DNA of 64,000 nucleotides from Macrostomum lignano (Eukaryota): NCBI GenBank assembly GCA_002269645.1, contig NIVC01000017.1, positions 248,001 to 312,000 of the forward strand, read 5' to 3'. Shown piece by piece: positions 42,703 to 55,400 of this stretch (position 1 is its first letter; each line of letters starts with the position of its first letter). The notes under the pieces were generated by a model. It saw only the letters and a program-made list of their open reading frames with translations, ran no database searches and was not told where the DNA came from. The position numbers and the translations under genes were made by a program.

Positions 42703-45323
42703 TTAGTTAAACTTCCACCGGAAGCCGCACTCGTTGCACAGCACATAAGTGGTCATGGGCTCGTCCCCCGGCAGAGTCTGCAGCTGGTTATAAGTGCAGT
42801 TCTTCTTCCGGCAGCGCTTGCAGGTGAAGAGGCTGCTGCCCGGCTCCGAGCTGGCCGACGCCACCGACTTCAGCCTGGCGGCCGCTTCGTCTGCCAGCCG
42901 CTGTCGAAGCTGCCGCATCTCGGCCGACGCCAGCTGCTCGGAGGTCATCACGGCGAAGTCGGGCGCTGCCAGGGCGCCGTCAAGCAGGCTGGCGCGCAAG
43001 CCGGGATTCTTGGGGTCGCGCAGATTCTGTATCAGGCAGCGCAGGCGGGCCCGGTAGCGGCCGGTGTCCGAGCCGGCGTCGGCGAAGACCGCGGCCTCGA
43101 TTTCCGCGGACAGACGTCGGGGCGGCCGGGCGGCGGCAGCGCTGGATGACGTCTATAAGGCAAGGCATTGTTCTGTACTAAATAATAATAATAATTGATT
43201 ACACCTGCCCCAATTGGGCCAGATGTGCAACCGACAGCTCAGCCGCAGCTATTGCGCGGCGCATCTGAAGGCTGCGTACGGCTGTTCAGTCCAAGGACTG
43301 GGGGGTCGCCACACACACACCCTCAATTACCCCAGCTAATGCTGGCATCCATTTTACAGCTGGGTGAACTGAAGCAATGCAGAGTTAAGTGTCTTGCTCA
43401 AGGACACAAATTGTTCCAGTGGGATCGGGAATCGAACCCCCGACCTTCAAGTCGTGAGTCCGACGCTCTAACCACTAGGCTACAACCCCACTATACTAAA
43501 TCTGTACTAAAATATAGACTATATTGCAATAATATTAACTGATGTTGAGATTCGAACTCGCGACTACGATTGGTCTTATACAAGGTCCATTTCTCAATGC
43601 AAGCAAGCTTCTTCAAACAATCGGAAACCGGGATCATCATGAATCTCCAAACATGAGACTCCAAAACACTCATGCTCACCATCTGTAGCGCCTGCTCAAA
43701 CATTTCGATGGCCTTCAACCGGGCGGGATCGGTGGTGCTCGGTGTCCACGAGACATCGTCGGCACCACCGCCATTAGTGTCGGACACATTTGTCCGGTCT
43801 CGATCTGTTGTTGCAGAATCTTTCTTTGCTAGCTTTTCTGCCGGCCCTCGATCTGTTGTTGCAGAATCTTTCTTTGCTAGCTTTTCTGCCGGCCCTCGAT
43901 CTGTTGTTGCAGAATCTTTCTTTGCTAGCTTTTCTGCCGGCCCTCGATCTGTTGTTGCAGAATCTTTCTTTGCTAGCTTTTCTGCCGGCCCTCGATCTGT
44001 TGTTGCAGAATCTTTCTTTGCTAGCTTTTCTGCCGGCCCTCGATCTGTTGTTGCAGAATCTTTCTTTGCTAGCTTTTCTGCCGGCCCTCGATCTGTTGTT
44101 GTTGCAGAATCTTTCTTTGCTAGCTTTTCTGCCGGCCCTCGATCTGTTGTTGCAGAATCTTTCTTTGATAGCTTTTCTGCCGGCACTCGATCTGTTGTTG
44201 CAGAATCTTTCTTTGCTAGCTTTTCTGCCGGCACTCGATCTGTTGTTGTTGCAGAATCTTTCTTTGCTAGCTTTTCTGCCGGCCCTCGATCTGTTGTTGT
44301 TGCAGAATCTTTCTTTGCTAGCTTTTCTGCCGGCCCTCGATCTGTTGTTGCAGAATCTTTCTTTGATAGCTTTTCAGCCGGCCCTCGATCTGTTGTTGTT
44401 GCAGAATCTTTCTTTGATAGCTTTTCTGCCGGCCTTCGATGTTCTGAGGAATCATTTACTTGATCTTGCTGCTCCTGCTGTTGCTTCTGCTCAAACTCCA
44501 CGACGAGTCGCCAGGATTTGATGAGGCGTCTAGCAGTTCGAGCCGCAGGTTCCTCCGGTCGGAGCCGCTTCCGCAGGCGGTTGACAATGCCCGGCAGGCC
44601 AGAGTCGCTCAGCTGCTTTGCCGACAGGGGCGGCAGCGACTGCAGCTGGGCGAGGCCGCGCTCTGCTTTCTTGGAAATCTGACATGTCAAATAGAGAATT
44701 CAGTGTTAGACATTTCATTATTGCTTTTTCTTATGGGAAATCATTGCGCAAAATTGGATATAATGGCGCCAAATTAGGGATCATGGCGCCAAATTAGAGA
44801 TCATGGCGCCAAATTGGAGATCATGGCGCCAAATTGGATATCATGACGCCAAATTGGAGATCATGGCGCCAAATTAGAGACCAAGACGCCAAATTGGATA
44901 TCATGACGCCAAATTGGAGATCATGGCGCCAAATTAGAGATCATTGCGCAAAATTAGAGATCAAGACGCCAAATTGGAGATCATGGCGCCAAATTGGATA
45001 TCAAGGCGCCAAATTAGAGATCATGGCGCCAAATTGGATATCATGACGCCAAATTGGAGATCATGGCGCCAAATTGGATATCATGACGCCAAATTGGAGA
45101 TCACGGCGGCTTTTAGGTAATGTCTAGAAAGCAATGGTAGCCTATGATTACCGGTTTTAATACAAAAATATCGTCTTAATTATTGTCAAGCTACTTATAT
45201 AAAATTATTTCAAACAGCTCTCACTAGACCGGAAGTTGACTCGGAATCCGCGTACTTCTTCAGTCGTTTAACCAGCTTGTTCAAGCTAGCGCTGGCTAAC
45301 CGGTGCTGCTTATCAGCTGACAT
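42703..45323 (-). CDS. Divergent transcription elongation factor TFIIS/TCEA-like, 3 exons, about 515 aa, with a 13-copy repeat in the linker
   Basis: Exons 45323-45225, 44678-43680, 43152-42703 (all phase 0). Domain I (LSDSGLPGIVNRLRK..ARRLIKSW), domain II (YRARLRCLIQNLRDPKNPGLR..MTSEQLAS), zinc ribbon FTCKRCRKKNCTYNQLQTLPGDEPMTTYVLCNECGFRWKF. Confidence 0.88.
43183..43489 (-). mobile_element. tRNA-derived CORE-type SINE in TFIIS intron 2
   Basis: Minus strand: head with A box TAGCCTAGTGG and B box GGTTCGATTCC; core GTGTCCTTGAGCAAGACACTTAAC..CTTCAGTT..CTGTAAAATGG resembling the MIR CORE; (ATT)n tail. 11-bp direct repeat TCTGTACTAAA at 43172 and 43501 may be the TSD. Confidence 0.8.
43800..44440 (-). 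repeat. Coding 48/51-bp minisatellite (DRGPAEKLAKKDSATT) x13 within TFIIS exon 2
   Basis: Unit lengths are multiples of 3 and the frame is open between domains I and II. Confidence 0.9.
44745..45105. repeat. 20-bp minisatellite ATGGCGCCAAATTRGAGATC in TFIIS intron 1
   Basis: About 18 copies. Confidence 0.93.
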
Positions 45324-46430
45324 TTAGTTTGATCTCTAATGATTTAGATTACTACTATATAAATTTATTTTGTCATTTTCTGACTTTACTAGTAATATGG
45401 TCAAATTTTGTGAAACGAAAAATCAGTTGAATTTATAAAGCGTTGACCGAGTATATTTCTTGGAAATGCCGCCCGCCCCCCGTGTACGCGGGAACGCCAC
45501 TGCCTCCCGCTGGGTTTGAACGGCGGCAATGTACATTGTAAGACAACAACCCCTCCACCCCTCTCTCTCGGGAATGTACGGAACGGGGCGAAGGACCAAT
45601 GCGTACACTGACTAGACGTTATTATAAAATATAAAGGAACTCTTATAACAAGCCGTGTGCACTTTTTAATGTAAACTGAAGCAACACATGTTAATGTATA
45701 TATTATAGTAGCCTTAGGGGCTTTTGGGCTAGAGATTAGGGAAAGATTTTCGAGTGGAACTTTTGGAGCTTTTTTAGTGGATCTAAAGAGCTGTGAATCA
45801 GAAAATTGGTTAATTTTTTTAAATCTACGAGCAAGAATAAAGAATAAAGAATTTTAGTAGAATAAAACTATTCAGAAAATAAGAAATGTTCGATTACCGT
45901 TCAATGAGGTTAAAAATTAATCAAGAGTTTCTTTACGCTTTACTATGAGTAGTGTTCTTCAGTATTGCATCGTGCGTCGTGCGTAGTAGTTATTTTGTTG
46001 TCAGAAACCACAATAGATGAATAAATGCAATACCTATGGAGAAAACAATAACAATAGAATGAACAGCCTTTAGCTTGCAGAAAAATTCAAATGCACGTAT
46101 TTCGGGTGCTGAGCCTATAGCTGTCAGTCAGTGAATGACGACTGACACTGCCCCTAACCGCATGCCTGCACAGAAGCTGCTTAGAACAGGTATGAACGTA
46201 CATTGTCCTGCTCTTGCACTGTCCAAAGGAGAGAATTTCGAAGGTGGCTGCATGGCCCAATGCTTTTTCCGGAGACAGACGGAGAGACAGAAGACAGACG
46301 TACAACCCAAGGGTAGCAATAGAGAAAGCTTGAGAAAGATGCAAATAAAAGCAGAAATTTTATTCTAAGCGGCAGCCAGAGCCACTTATGAGCTTAGATA
46401 TTTGTTGTGAAATACAGCAGGAGCAGCAGC

Positions 46431-49400
46431 ATGCTCAGAATATTGGCTCCCAGAGCTGCCGTCGGAGTCTGCAGTGCCCGCCGCTGTCTCAGTCTCAAAA
46501 GCGACGGCGGCAGCGACCAGCGCTTCCACGAGACCACTGAGGGCTTCTACAACAAGGCATCGGTGCTTCTAGTGGACGAGCTGGTGGCCGGCTATCCTCG
46601 CCGAGTCGGCATTGAGGAGCGCCAGCACCGAGTCCGGGGCATTCTCAACTCCATCCGCGAGTGCAACTTCGTCCTGGAGGTGAACTTCCCGATCCGGAGA
46701 GACAACGGCGACTTCGAGATCATCTCGGCCTGGCGGGCGCAGCACTCACTCCATAGGACGCCGTGCAAAGGCGGCATCCGGTTCGCGCCAAGTGTCACCA
46801 AGAACGATGTGAAGGCGCTGGCCTCCCTCATGACCTACAAATGCGCTCTGGTCGACGTGCCGTTCGGCGGCGCCAAGGCCGGCATAGCGATCGATCCCAC
46901 GGCCTACTCGGCAGTTGAGCTGGAGAAAATCACCAGACGATTCGCGGTTGAATTGGCCAAGAAGAACTTCATCGGACCGGGCGTTGACGTGCCCGCGCCG
47001 GACATGGGCACCTCGGAGAGGGAGATGGGCTGGATTGTCGACACGTATTTGAACACGCACGGTGAGCGATCTCCCGCTCATACAGCACCCTCTACTCACA
47101 CAGCCTGTTCTTCTATTCACGCAGCCCTTCCTCTATTTGCGCAAAAAGCATTCACACAGAGCCCCCCATTCACACAGCACCCCTTCATTCACACAGAGCC
47201 CCCCCCCATTCACACAGAGCCCCCCCCATTCACACAGCACCTCTGCATTCACACAGAGCCCCCCGTTCACACAGCGCCCCTTCATTGACACAGCGCCCCC
47301 ATTCACATAGTCCTGACCCCCTCCATTCACACAATGCTCCTTTCCTTTATGCACAGCGTGCCTCAATCCAGAGTCCCCGAAGTACGACATTCTCTGCGCT
47401 CGGAAAATTTGTATTTTGAATCTTCTATAAATGCAATCTCAACTACTTTGATTTGTCAGGCTCCAGTGATTTAAACGCGCACGCTTGCGTCACTGGCAAG
47501 CCGATCACACTGTTTGGCATTCATGGCCGGACCTCCGCTACGGGACGGGTAAGTCACTACTTCAATAGTGGAGTAGAATTGGGATGAAGGAAGGGAGAAT
47601 GGAGGGAGAAGAAGAGAGGGGAGAAGGGAAGGGGAGGGAGATGAATGGGGGAGATGAAAGGAGATAAGAGGAAAAGACAAATAGTGAAGGTGAGATGAAG
47701 GGAGGTAAGATGAAGGGAGAAGGGATGAAAGGTGAGGTGAAGGGAGGTGAGATGAAGGGAGGTGAGATGAAGGGAGGTGAGATGAAGGGAGGCGAGATGA
47801 AGGGAGGTGAGATGAAGGGAGAAGGGATGAAAGGTGAGACGAAGGGAGGTGATATAAAGAGAGGTGAGATGAAGGGAGGTGATATGAAGGGAGGTGAGAT
47901 GAAGGGAGGTGAGATGAAGGGAGGAAGGGAGGCAAGCGGAAGAGAACGGAGAGGGGAAAGAGGGTCTCTATCCCATGAGTTAAAACAGCCACTACTTGAC
48001 TTTCTGATCAAAACACATTCATAACTGTGCAAGTTGAATAGGAATCAGCCAGTGCGATTTCAGCCAAAGTTCAGCTCAAAGACCGCGCTTTTGTTCCTCC
48101 CTCCACCCCCCGTGACAGGGGATCTACTTTGCCGTGAAAAATTTCCTAGACGATGTGTCATATGCTGGCCGGCTGGGTCTGAGCACGGGACTGAAGGGCA
48201 AAACTTTCGTAGTGCAGGGCTTCGGCAATGTGGGCTACCACAGCAGCCACTACCTGCGCAAGGCGCAGGCCAGGTTAATTGGCGTGCTGGAGATTGACGG
48301 CTCGATCTACAATCCCAATGGCATTGATCCGGAAGATCTGCTCAAGTACAAAACGGTGAGTGCGCGGTATTCTCTATAAACATGTGCTGGCTATGTACAT
48401 GTACCAGGGGTAGTTCTGTTGAAGTGAGGCGCAACGCTTATATTCACAAAATTTAATTGTCGTAAATGAGCTAATCCCCATAAGCATTAGGATGTGAGCT
48501 AATCCCCATGAGCCTTGGGATGTGAGCTAATTTCCATGAGCCTTGATGTGAGCTATAATCCCCATGAGCCTTGGGATGTGAGCTATAATCCCCATGAGCC
48601 TTGGGATGTGAGCTAATCCCCATGAGCCTTGGGATGTGAGCTAATCCCCATGAGCCTTGGGATGTGAGCTAATTTCCATGAGCCTTGATGTGAGCTATAA
48701 TCCCCATGAGCCTTGGGATGTGAGCTATAATCCCCATGAGCCTTGGGATGTGAGCTATAATTCCCATGAGCCTTGGGATGTGAGCTATAATCCCCATGAG
48801 CCTTGGGATGTGAGCTAATCCCCATGAGCCTTATGATGTGAGCTAATTTCCATGAGCCTTGGGATGTGAGCTATAATTCCCATGAGCCTTGGGATGTGAG
48901 CTATAATCCCCATGAGCCTTGGGATGTGAGCTAATCCCCATGAGCCTTATGATGTGAGCTATAATCCCCATGAGCCTTATGATGTGAGCTAATTTCCATG
49001 AGCCTTGATGTGAGCTATAATCCCCATGAGCCTTGGGATGTGAGCTATAATCCCCATGAGCCTTGGGATGTGAGCTAATCCCCATGAGCCTTGGGATGTG
49101 AGCTATAATCCCCATGAGCCTTGGGATGTGAGCCATGAGCAGAGCTTGGTCCCCAAACAGAATTTTCCTTTCGCAGTCAGTTCTGTTTTGAGTACTTAAG
49201 CAGAAAATGAATTTCCGCGTTTATATTTACACTCGTATCATAGTTTTTGACAAGGAACTTTCCTAAACCCAAAATATTCTGGAAAGAGTTGGCGCGATAT
49301 TTATAGCATAGATTCTATAATTGCAACGGGTGCTGCATATGTATTACAAAGCCAATGTATAATACAGCAGATTATATTTACTAACAAGTACGCCTAACAG

Positions 49401-52400
49401 GTGATGTCCCTTTATTCAACAGGAAATATCCCTATATCTATTAGGATAGAGATTTTTACCTCATTAATGTTTTTCCTCGAAAACGCAGGGAACGTAGAAA
49501 AGTAATTTAAAAATCAAAGAAATTGTATCGCTTTTCTGCTTTTATAATGGTTTAAGCAAGCGGATTAGTCTCAAATATGCTATGCTAGTGCTATAAATAG
49601 TTATAAACATGTATAAATAACTCTGTCTGGCACAGCCGCTGTAGCAAGCATTTACATGTATTCAGTAGAAGCGTCATCAATAGCCGCCGCAGTCTCCGCC
49701 GCCAATTCGGCAAGACCCGTCGGGGTTTCTGCACTTGAAATTCGAGCTGCTGCAGCTCACAACCGAGCCGCCGCAGGTCCAGAAGCCCTTGTACTTGCAG
49801 CGGCAGGCCTTGAACGGCGGAGCGGGAGAGGAGATGGTGCAGCCGCCCTTGTGATAGTCGCAGTCGCAGTTGTTCGGCGAGCTCACGTCCGCCCTAGCGA
49901 TCGGGATGGCGTCTCCAGGCCGGGCCAGTCGGAGTCCGAGTTTTCCCGCCAGCTTCTTGAGCAGTCCAGGCCGGTTGGTGATGATGCCGTGCACTCCCAG
50001 GTTGATGTAGGACTTCATGGAGGACTCTTTGTCCAGCGTCCAAGATGTAGGTCAGGCCGATCTGGCCGCTGCGAACGCCGGCCACGGCCTGCCTGATGCC
50101 GCTGTAGTAGGTGCCGGGCGCGCAGGCGCTGATTCCGGTGCCGAATGCGCGCTTCCGGGTGAACCTGGACAGCATGGCGGCCACGGAGCTGTACTTATCG
50201 CCCTCCTGGTCGAAGGCGAAGTAGTAGCGGTCTTTGTTGCGGAATCCGCTGGCAGTCCTGGCCGCCGCGTAGACGTACTCGAAGCAGTTGATCTTGCCGG
50301 CCGAGATGACGACCTTGCCGCGGTAGCCGTTACCGAAGAGCTCGCGCTCCACGAGCCTGGCGAGGTTGGCGCCAGCAGTGGCGAGTCTGTCGCCCCACTT
50401 TGGGTCCACCTTGCCGTCCAGGATGATGAGAGCGAGTCCAGGCAGCCTCGCCATGTGGCGCAGGTGGCTGGAGGCGCTAGCACTGGCGCCTCTGCCTGAG
50501 CAGCCCCTGAGCGAGTGGCTACAGATGTGGTAGCTGCCGGGGTGTGGGCAGCTGCAGTCGCAGAATCCACGGTGCTCGAACTCAGTCGGGTTGCCATATC
50601 CGTCGTACTGGATGTCCGCTTCAACTGCGTTGGCGCCCTCGCGGATTGCCCAGTCGAGTGAGTGCGGACTGTTGGTCATGTGGGCGATGATGTAGAAGGG
50701 ATCTCTGGTCTGGGCGGAGTTGAGTGGCTTGGCCAGCAGCAGCAGCAGCAGCCCGTCGCGCCAACTGGCGCGGCCGCCCCCGCTAGTCCATCCTTCGGGG
50801 GCGGGGTCAAGGACATCGCCTCTCCGTGGCGACCCGGTTGGTCGGCCCTGGTCGGCCCCACCAAGATGTCCACCATCAGGCAACTGAACCCGCCAGCCTC
50901 GTCTCGTGCGCTCGGCACGGACGCAGAGCGCGGCGGCGGTCACCGCGTGACCCTCCTCAACCTCGTCGTCTTCTCCTGGTGCATCGTCAACCTTCCATGG
51001 CTCGTTGCTCATGTCATCCTCTCCGGCGACATCGAACAAAACCCCAGCCCGCTTAACTGTGACAGCTGCGGCAGCGTCATCCGCCAGGGCACCACCCCTG
51101 CGTCGTGCCAGATCGACAACTGCCGCAGAGCCTGCCACAAAAAATTCGACTGCAGTGGCTTTCGGCGCTATCAACGCGAGCAGCACTGGATATGCCGTGC
51201 TCATCGTATGCCGACGCCCGGCCCACCGGAGACCGAGAGCACGCCAGCGCCGCCCACGACCACACCTGGCCCGACGGGCGGCTCCTCGACGCCATGCGAC
51301 TCCTGCCGTGCCCCTATCCACACTGGCACGCAACCGCTATCCTGCTACAACCCCGACTGCACAGCCCTGGCTCATCGCACCACGCGCTCCATCGGCATAC
51401 CGCGATACAAAGGCTGCCCTCGCTGGCTGTGTCAGCGGAACGCCCCCACGCCACCCCCCAAGTCGATGGCGGGACGCCCCTTGGCCGCTCCTCGTCCGGC
51501 CCTCCAGCAGCTTCGCCCTGCCGGCCCACCTTGCGCGGCCTGCCACAAAGTTATCCGGGCCAACACCAACCTGGTTCGCTGTCACAAATGCCAAATATCT
51601 TTCCACAAGACCTGCTCTGGCCTGCGCAGATCTGCGGCGGATCAAGCGGCGGAGTCTGACCGCTGGACGTGCGCCCCCTGCGCTGATATGGCGGCGCCTG
51701 CTCGCCGGGCCCCCACTGCTCAGCCCGACACCACTAACGCGCACCCCACGACATGCCTCCGCACTACGACTCGTCAAGAACACCTGAAGATCCTGCAATG
51801 GAACGCGGATGGCATCTCCACCCGCCACTCTTAGCTCAATGACCTCATCGGGACGGCCAAGCCCGACGTCGTCCTTGTCCAGGAGAGCAAACTCCGACCT
51901 CAAGACGTCACGCCGCGCTTCCCGGGCTACGCCGTGATCCGCACGGACAGACCGACTGTCGACGGCGGCGGCGGCCTCCTCACCCTCATCCGGGAAACTC
52001 TGGCCTACAAACATCTCCAAGTGAAGAGCCCACGGCCCATCGAACTCTGCCGCATCCGCATCTTCCTCAGCTCGAAAAAGTCCATCCTGATTGACAACCT
52101 TTATTGCCCCCCGTCCGCACCGGGGACGAGCAAGCCGACCTGCTCTGGGGGGCGCTGCCCCGCGACGCGGACTTCATCGGAGGTGACTTCAACACCCATT
52201 CGTCCACCTGGGATCTCAATCAAGCCCCGGACGCGAGGGGGGACGCCCTGCTCGATTGGGCGACTGGCTGCAACCTCTCCGTCCTAACGATGGTTCGCAC
52301 ACCAGAATCAACTGCGGAACGGGCGGGACTAGCTCCCCCGACGTTTCTCTCTGCCGCGATACCTGGCATTCCCGCTCCACCTGGAGCATGGGCGAGGACA

Positions 52401-55400
52401 TCGGCTCGGACCACCTGCCCATCATATCTCGGTTTGGCTGCGCCGCCAGCCAGCTCCTCAGCCGTCCTCGCACCTCGTGGCGACGCACCGGCGTCGACTG
52501 GGACGCCTTCTCCACGGACGTCGACGCCCAGGTGTCAGCTTTCAAAATCACAGGCGTCTCCTTCAAACAGCAAGTGGAGCGCTTCACCTACGCCATTGTC
52601 TCCGCCGCACACCGTCATGTCGGCAAGCAGACTCTCAAACGCCCCGCTCGCCCGTGGTTGTCGCAAACGGCGAGACAAGCCATCCGTCATCGTAATCGCC
52701 TCCGGAAGGACGTCGGCAGCCATCGCACCGAATGGCTTCAAGCCTGCGGCGACGCGCCGCCCTCATCCGCGAGAGCAAAGAACAATGCTAGCGGGACTTC
52801 CTCCTCGACTCCGACTTCTGCCAGGAGCCTGGTGTCTCGTGCGCAGCCTCAGCGGCACCCCCGCCGACGACTGCCCGAACGAGGCTCTGGTGGCCGACGG
52901 CAAAGTCCACTGTGATAACGCCAGCAAAGCCGAGCGTTTCGCCAAACACTATGCAGCGGTTAATCGCTCGAAGCCACTCGCCAAGGCAAATCGGATTTGC
53001 GCCTCGAGGGCTGCACTCCTTTCACCGAGGCCGAGCTGGCCTCGGCCATCGCGCATCAACGTCCCTCAGGCGCCCCCGGACCGGATGAAGTCACCCCGCG
53101 CTTCCTGAAAGCTCTAGGCCCCACGGCGAGAGCCGAGCTTTTCAGGATCTTCAACCGCTCGCTGATAGCCGGAGTGGTCGCTCAAAAATGGAAAAATGCA
53201 ACCATCATGCCGCTGCTCAAGAAAGGGAAGCCAGCCTGCGACCTCGCGTCATTCAGACCAGTCAGCCTCACCTCCTGTGTGGTCAAGGCCCTGGAGCGCA
53301 TGGTGACAACTCGCCTCATGTTCCTTGCTGAATCTCGTGGCTGGCTGTCCCCCCAACAGGCTGGCTTTCGCAGACAGCGCTGTTGCGAAGATCAGATTAT
53401 CGCCGCCGTCCAAGGTATCAGCGACGGCTTTCAGCAGACTCGTATGTTGCGCTCGATCATGGTCTTCCTTGACTTCCTTGAAGCATTTGACAAAGTGTGG
53501 GTGGAAAAGCTGCTGCTCACCCTCATTGACAAAGGAGTTCCGGCCGTGTTCGTCAAATGGATCCGAGCCTTTCTCGGCAATCGTCAAGCGAGAGTCTGTG
53601 TCAATGGCACAGTCAGCCGTTATCACCGTCTACGCCAAGGCCTGCCTCAAGGCTCAGTGATCGCTCCGCTGCTGTTCGTCATCTTCATCGACCCCGTGGT
53701 GAACTGCATCCCACCGCAAATCAGCATCCTTGCAGCCAAAACCGGAGCATCACGGCAGCTACCACGGACATGCAGGTCGCCGTCGGCCGGGTTGCTTCCT
53801 GGCGTCGCGCGTGTAAAATGCAGCTCAACCCCGTCAAAAGTGAGTGCGCGATCTTCACCACTGACCCTCACCAGGCGAACATCCAGCCGACTATCTCCCT
53901 CGATGGCGCGGATATCCCGTTCAACGCCAGCCCGCGCTTCCTGGGTGTCCACCTGGACCGCACCCTGGCGTTCCGGAAGCAAGTCGAGGTCGTCTGCTCG
54001 ACGATCGGCAGCAGATGCCGACTCCTTGCCTGCCTGGCTGCCCGCAACTGGGGCTGGCCTAAAGACAGCCTCCTCCGCACTTTTAAGGCTCTCCACCATA
54101 GCGTGCTCGACTACGCCGCAGCCGCCTGGCAGCCATGGCTGGCCGACACTACTATTGGCAAACTGCAAACTCCAACGGGCCCAAGCCCTGCGGATTGTCA
54201 CCGGCCGATGCGCACCACACCTGCGGAAGCCCTTTACCTCGAGGCCGGGGTGTGCACCGTGGCTACCACGCGCGATCAGCTTTGTCTCGCAGCCTACGAG
54301 AAGGCCCTCCGGCTTCCGACCGACCACCCGCGCTTTATTGCTGCAGCGGCCCAGGTACCGCACCGCACGACCAGGAGTAGCTGGCGCCACCGCGCCTTAC
54401 AGCTCCTGGCCAGTATGCTGGGATACCTGGACAGCCGGGAACCTCTGCCGGCGCTCCCCCTCTGTCCCTGGCAACGGCCGCCAGCCACGCGCACGATCCG
54501 CTGTAACCTCCCCGCGCCCGCTGGCGAGGCCGATGAGACCGAAGAGCACTCGACCGAGGCCGCTGCTAAGGAAACACTCCGGAGGCGCGCCTGGAGGCCA
54601 TCCGCAATTGCGCAGCTGATCTGGTGCTTTTCACAGATGGCTCGGCTACCGACGGCTGCGCCCGCGGTGGTGCGGCCTGCGTGGTCACCCGCGGCGACCC
54701 GGCCGACCCCGAGATGGTCACGACCATCCCAGCCACCGGCTCGCCGCACACCTGCAGTTTCGATGAAGAGAGACGGGCTCTACAGCTCGCTAGCAACTGG
54801 CTCCGCACACAGCAATTCACAGGACGGGTCCTCATCTGCAAGGACAGTCGCGCCCTCCTCATGGCACTACTATTCGACAGGCCCCGCTGCTCGCTGCCCC
54901 ACCTGGACTGTCACCCTGATGCTTCAATGGGTCCCGGCTCACTGCGGCATCCCCGGGAACGAGCTGGCCGACGAGGCTGCCAAGCAGGCGGCCGCTGCCG
55001 ATTCCGCCCCGGCACCCATCTCCTACCACAGCGCGTTGGCGACGATCAAGCGTCACTTCGGCGACCCGCCACTCACGCACGCTCGCACCGCTGCGGTTTA
55101 CAGGGCCCTCAACAGGGACCGCGACCGCGCCGAGCTGCGCAGCCGGCAAGACGCGGTGCTACTGGCGAGGCTCCGCTCGGGACACTGCAGCTTGCTCCGC
55201 GCCTGCTACAACCTCGTCAACCCCGCCGCCGACCCGACCTGCCCGCGCTGTCAAGACGGTCCGGAGGACCTGGAGCACTGGCTCAGCTGTCCGGCCCTCC
55301 GGCCCACCAGGCTCTCAATATTCGACGAGAATGAGTTGGGTCCCTCGATTCTGACCGCCGCCCCTGCGAGGTCAGTGGCGCTCGCGAGGCGCAGCCTTCT

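Noticed and set aside
43420-43489. Functional tRNA gene
   Set aside because: The tRNA-like head continues into a CORE body and (ATT)n tail with no oligo-T terminator, so it is a SINE.
45440-45620. GC-rich, hairpin-prone stretch between the divergent TFIIS and GDH genes as a ribozyme or ncRNA
   Set aside because: Could not fit hammerhead or HDV core motifs convincingly by eye.
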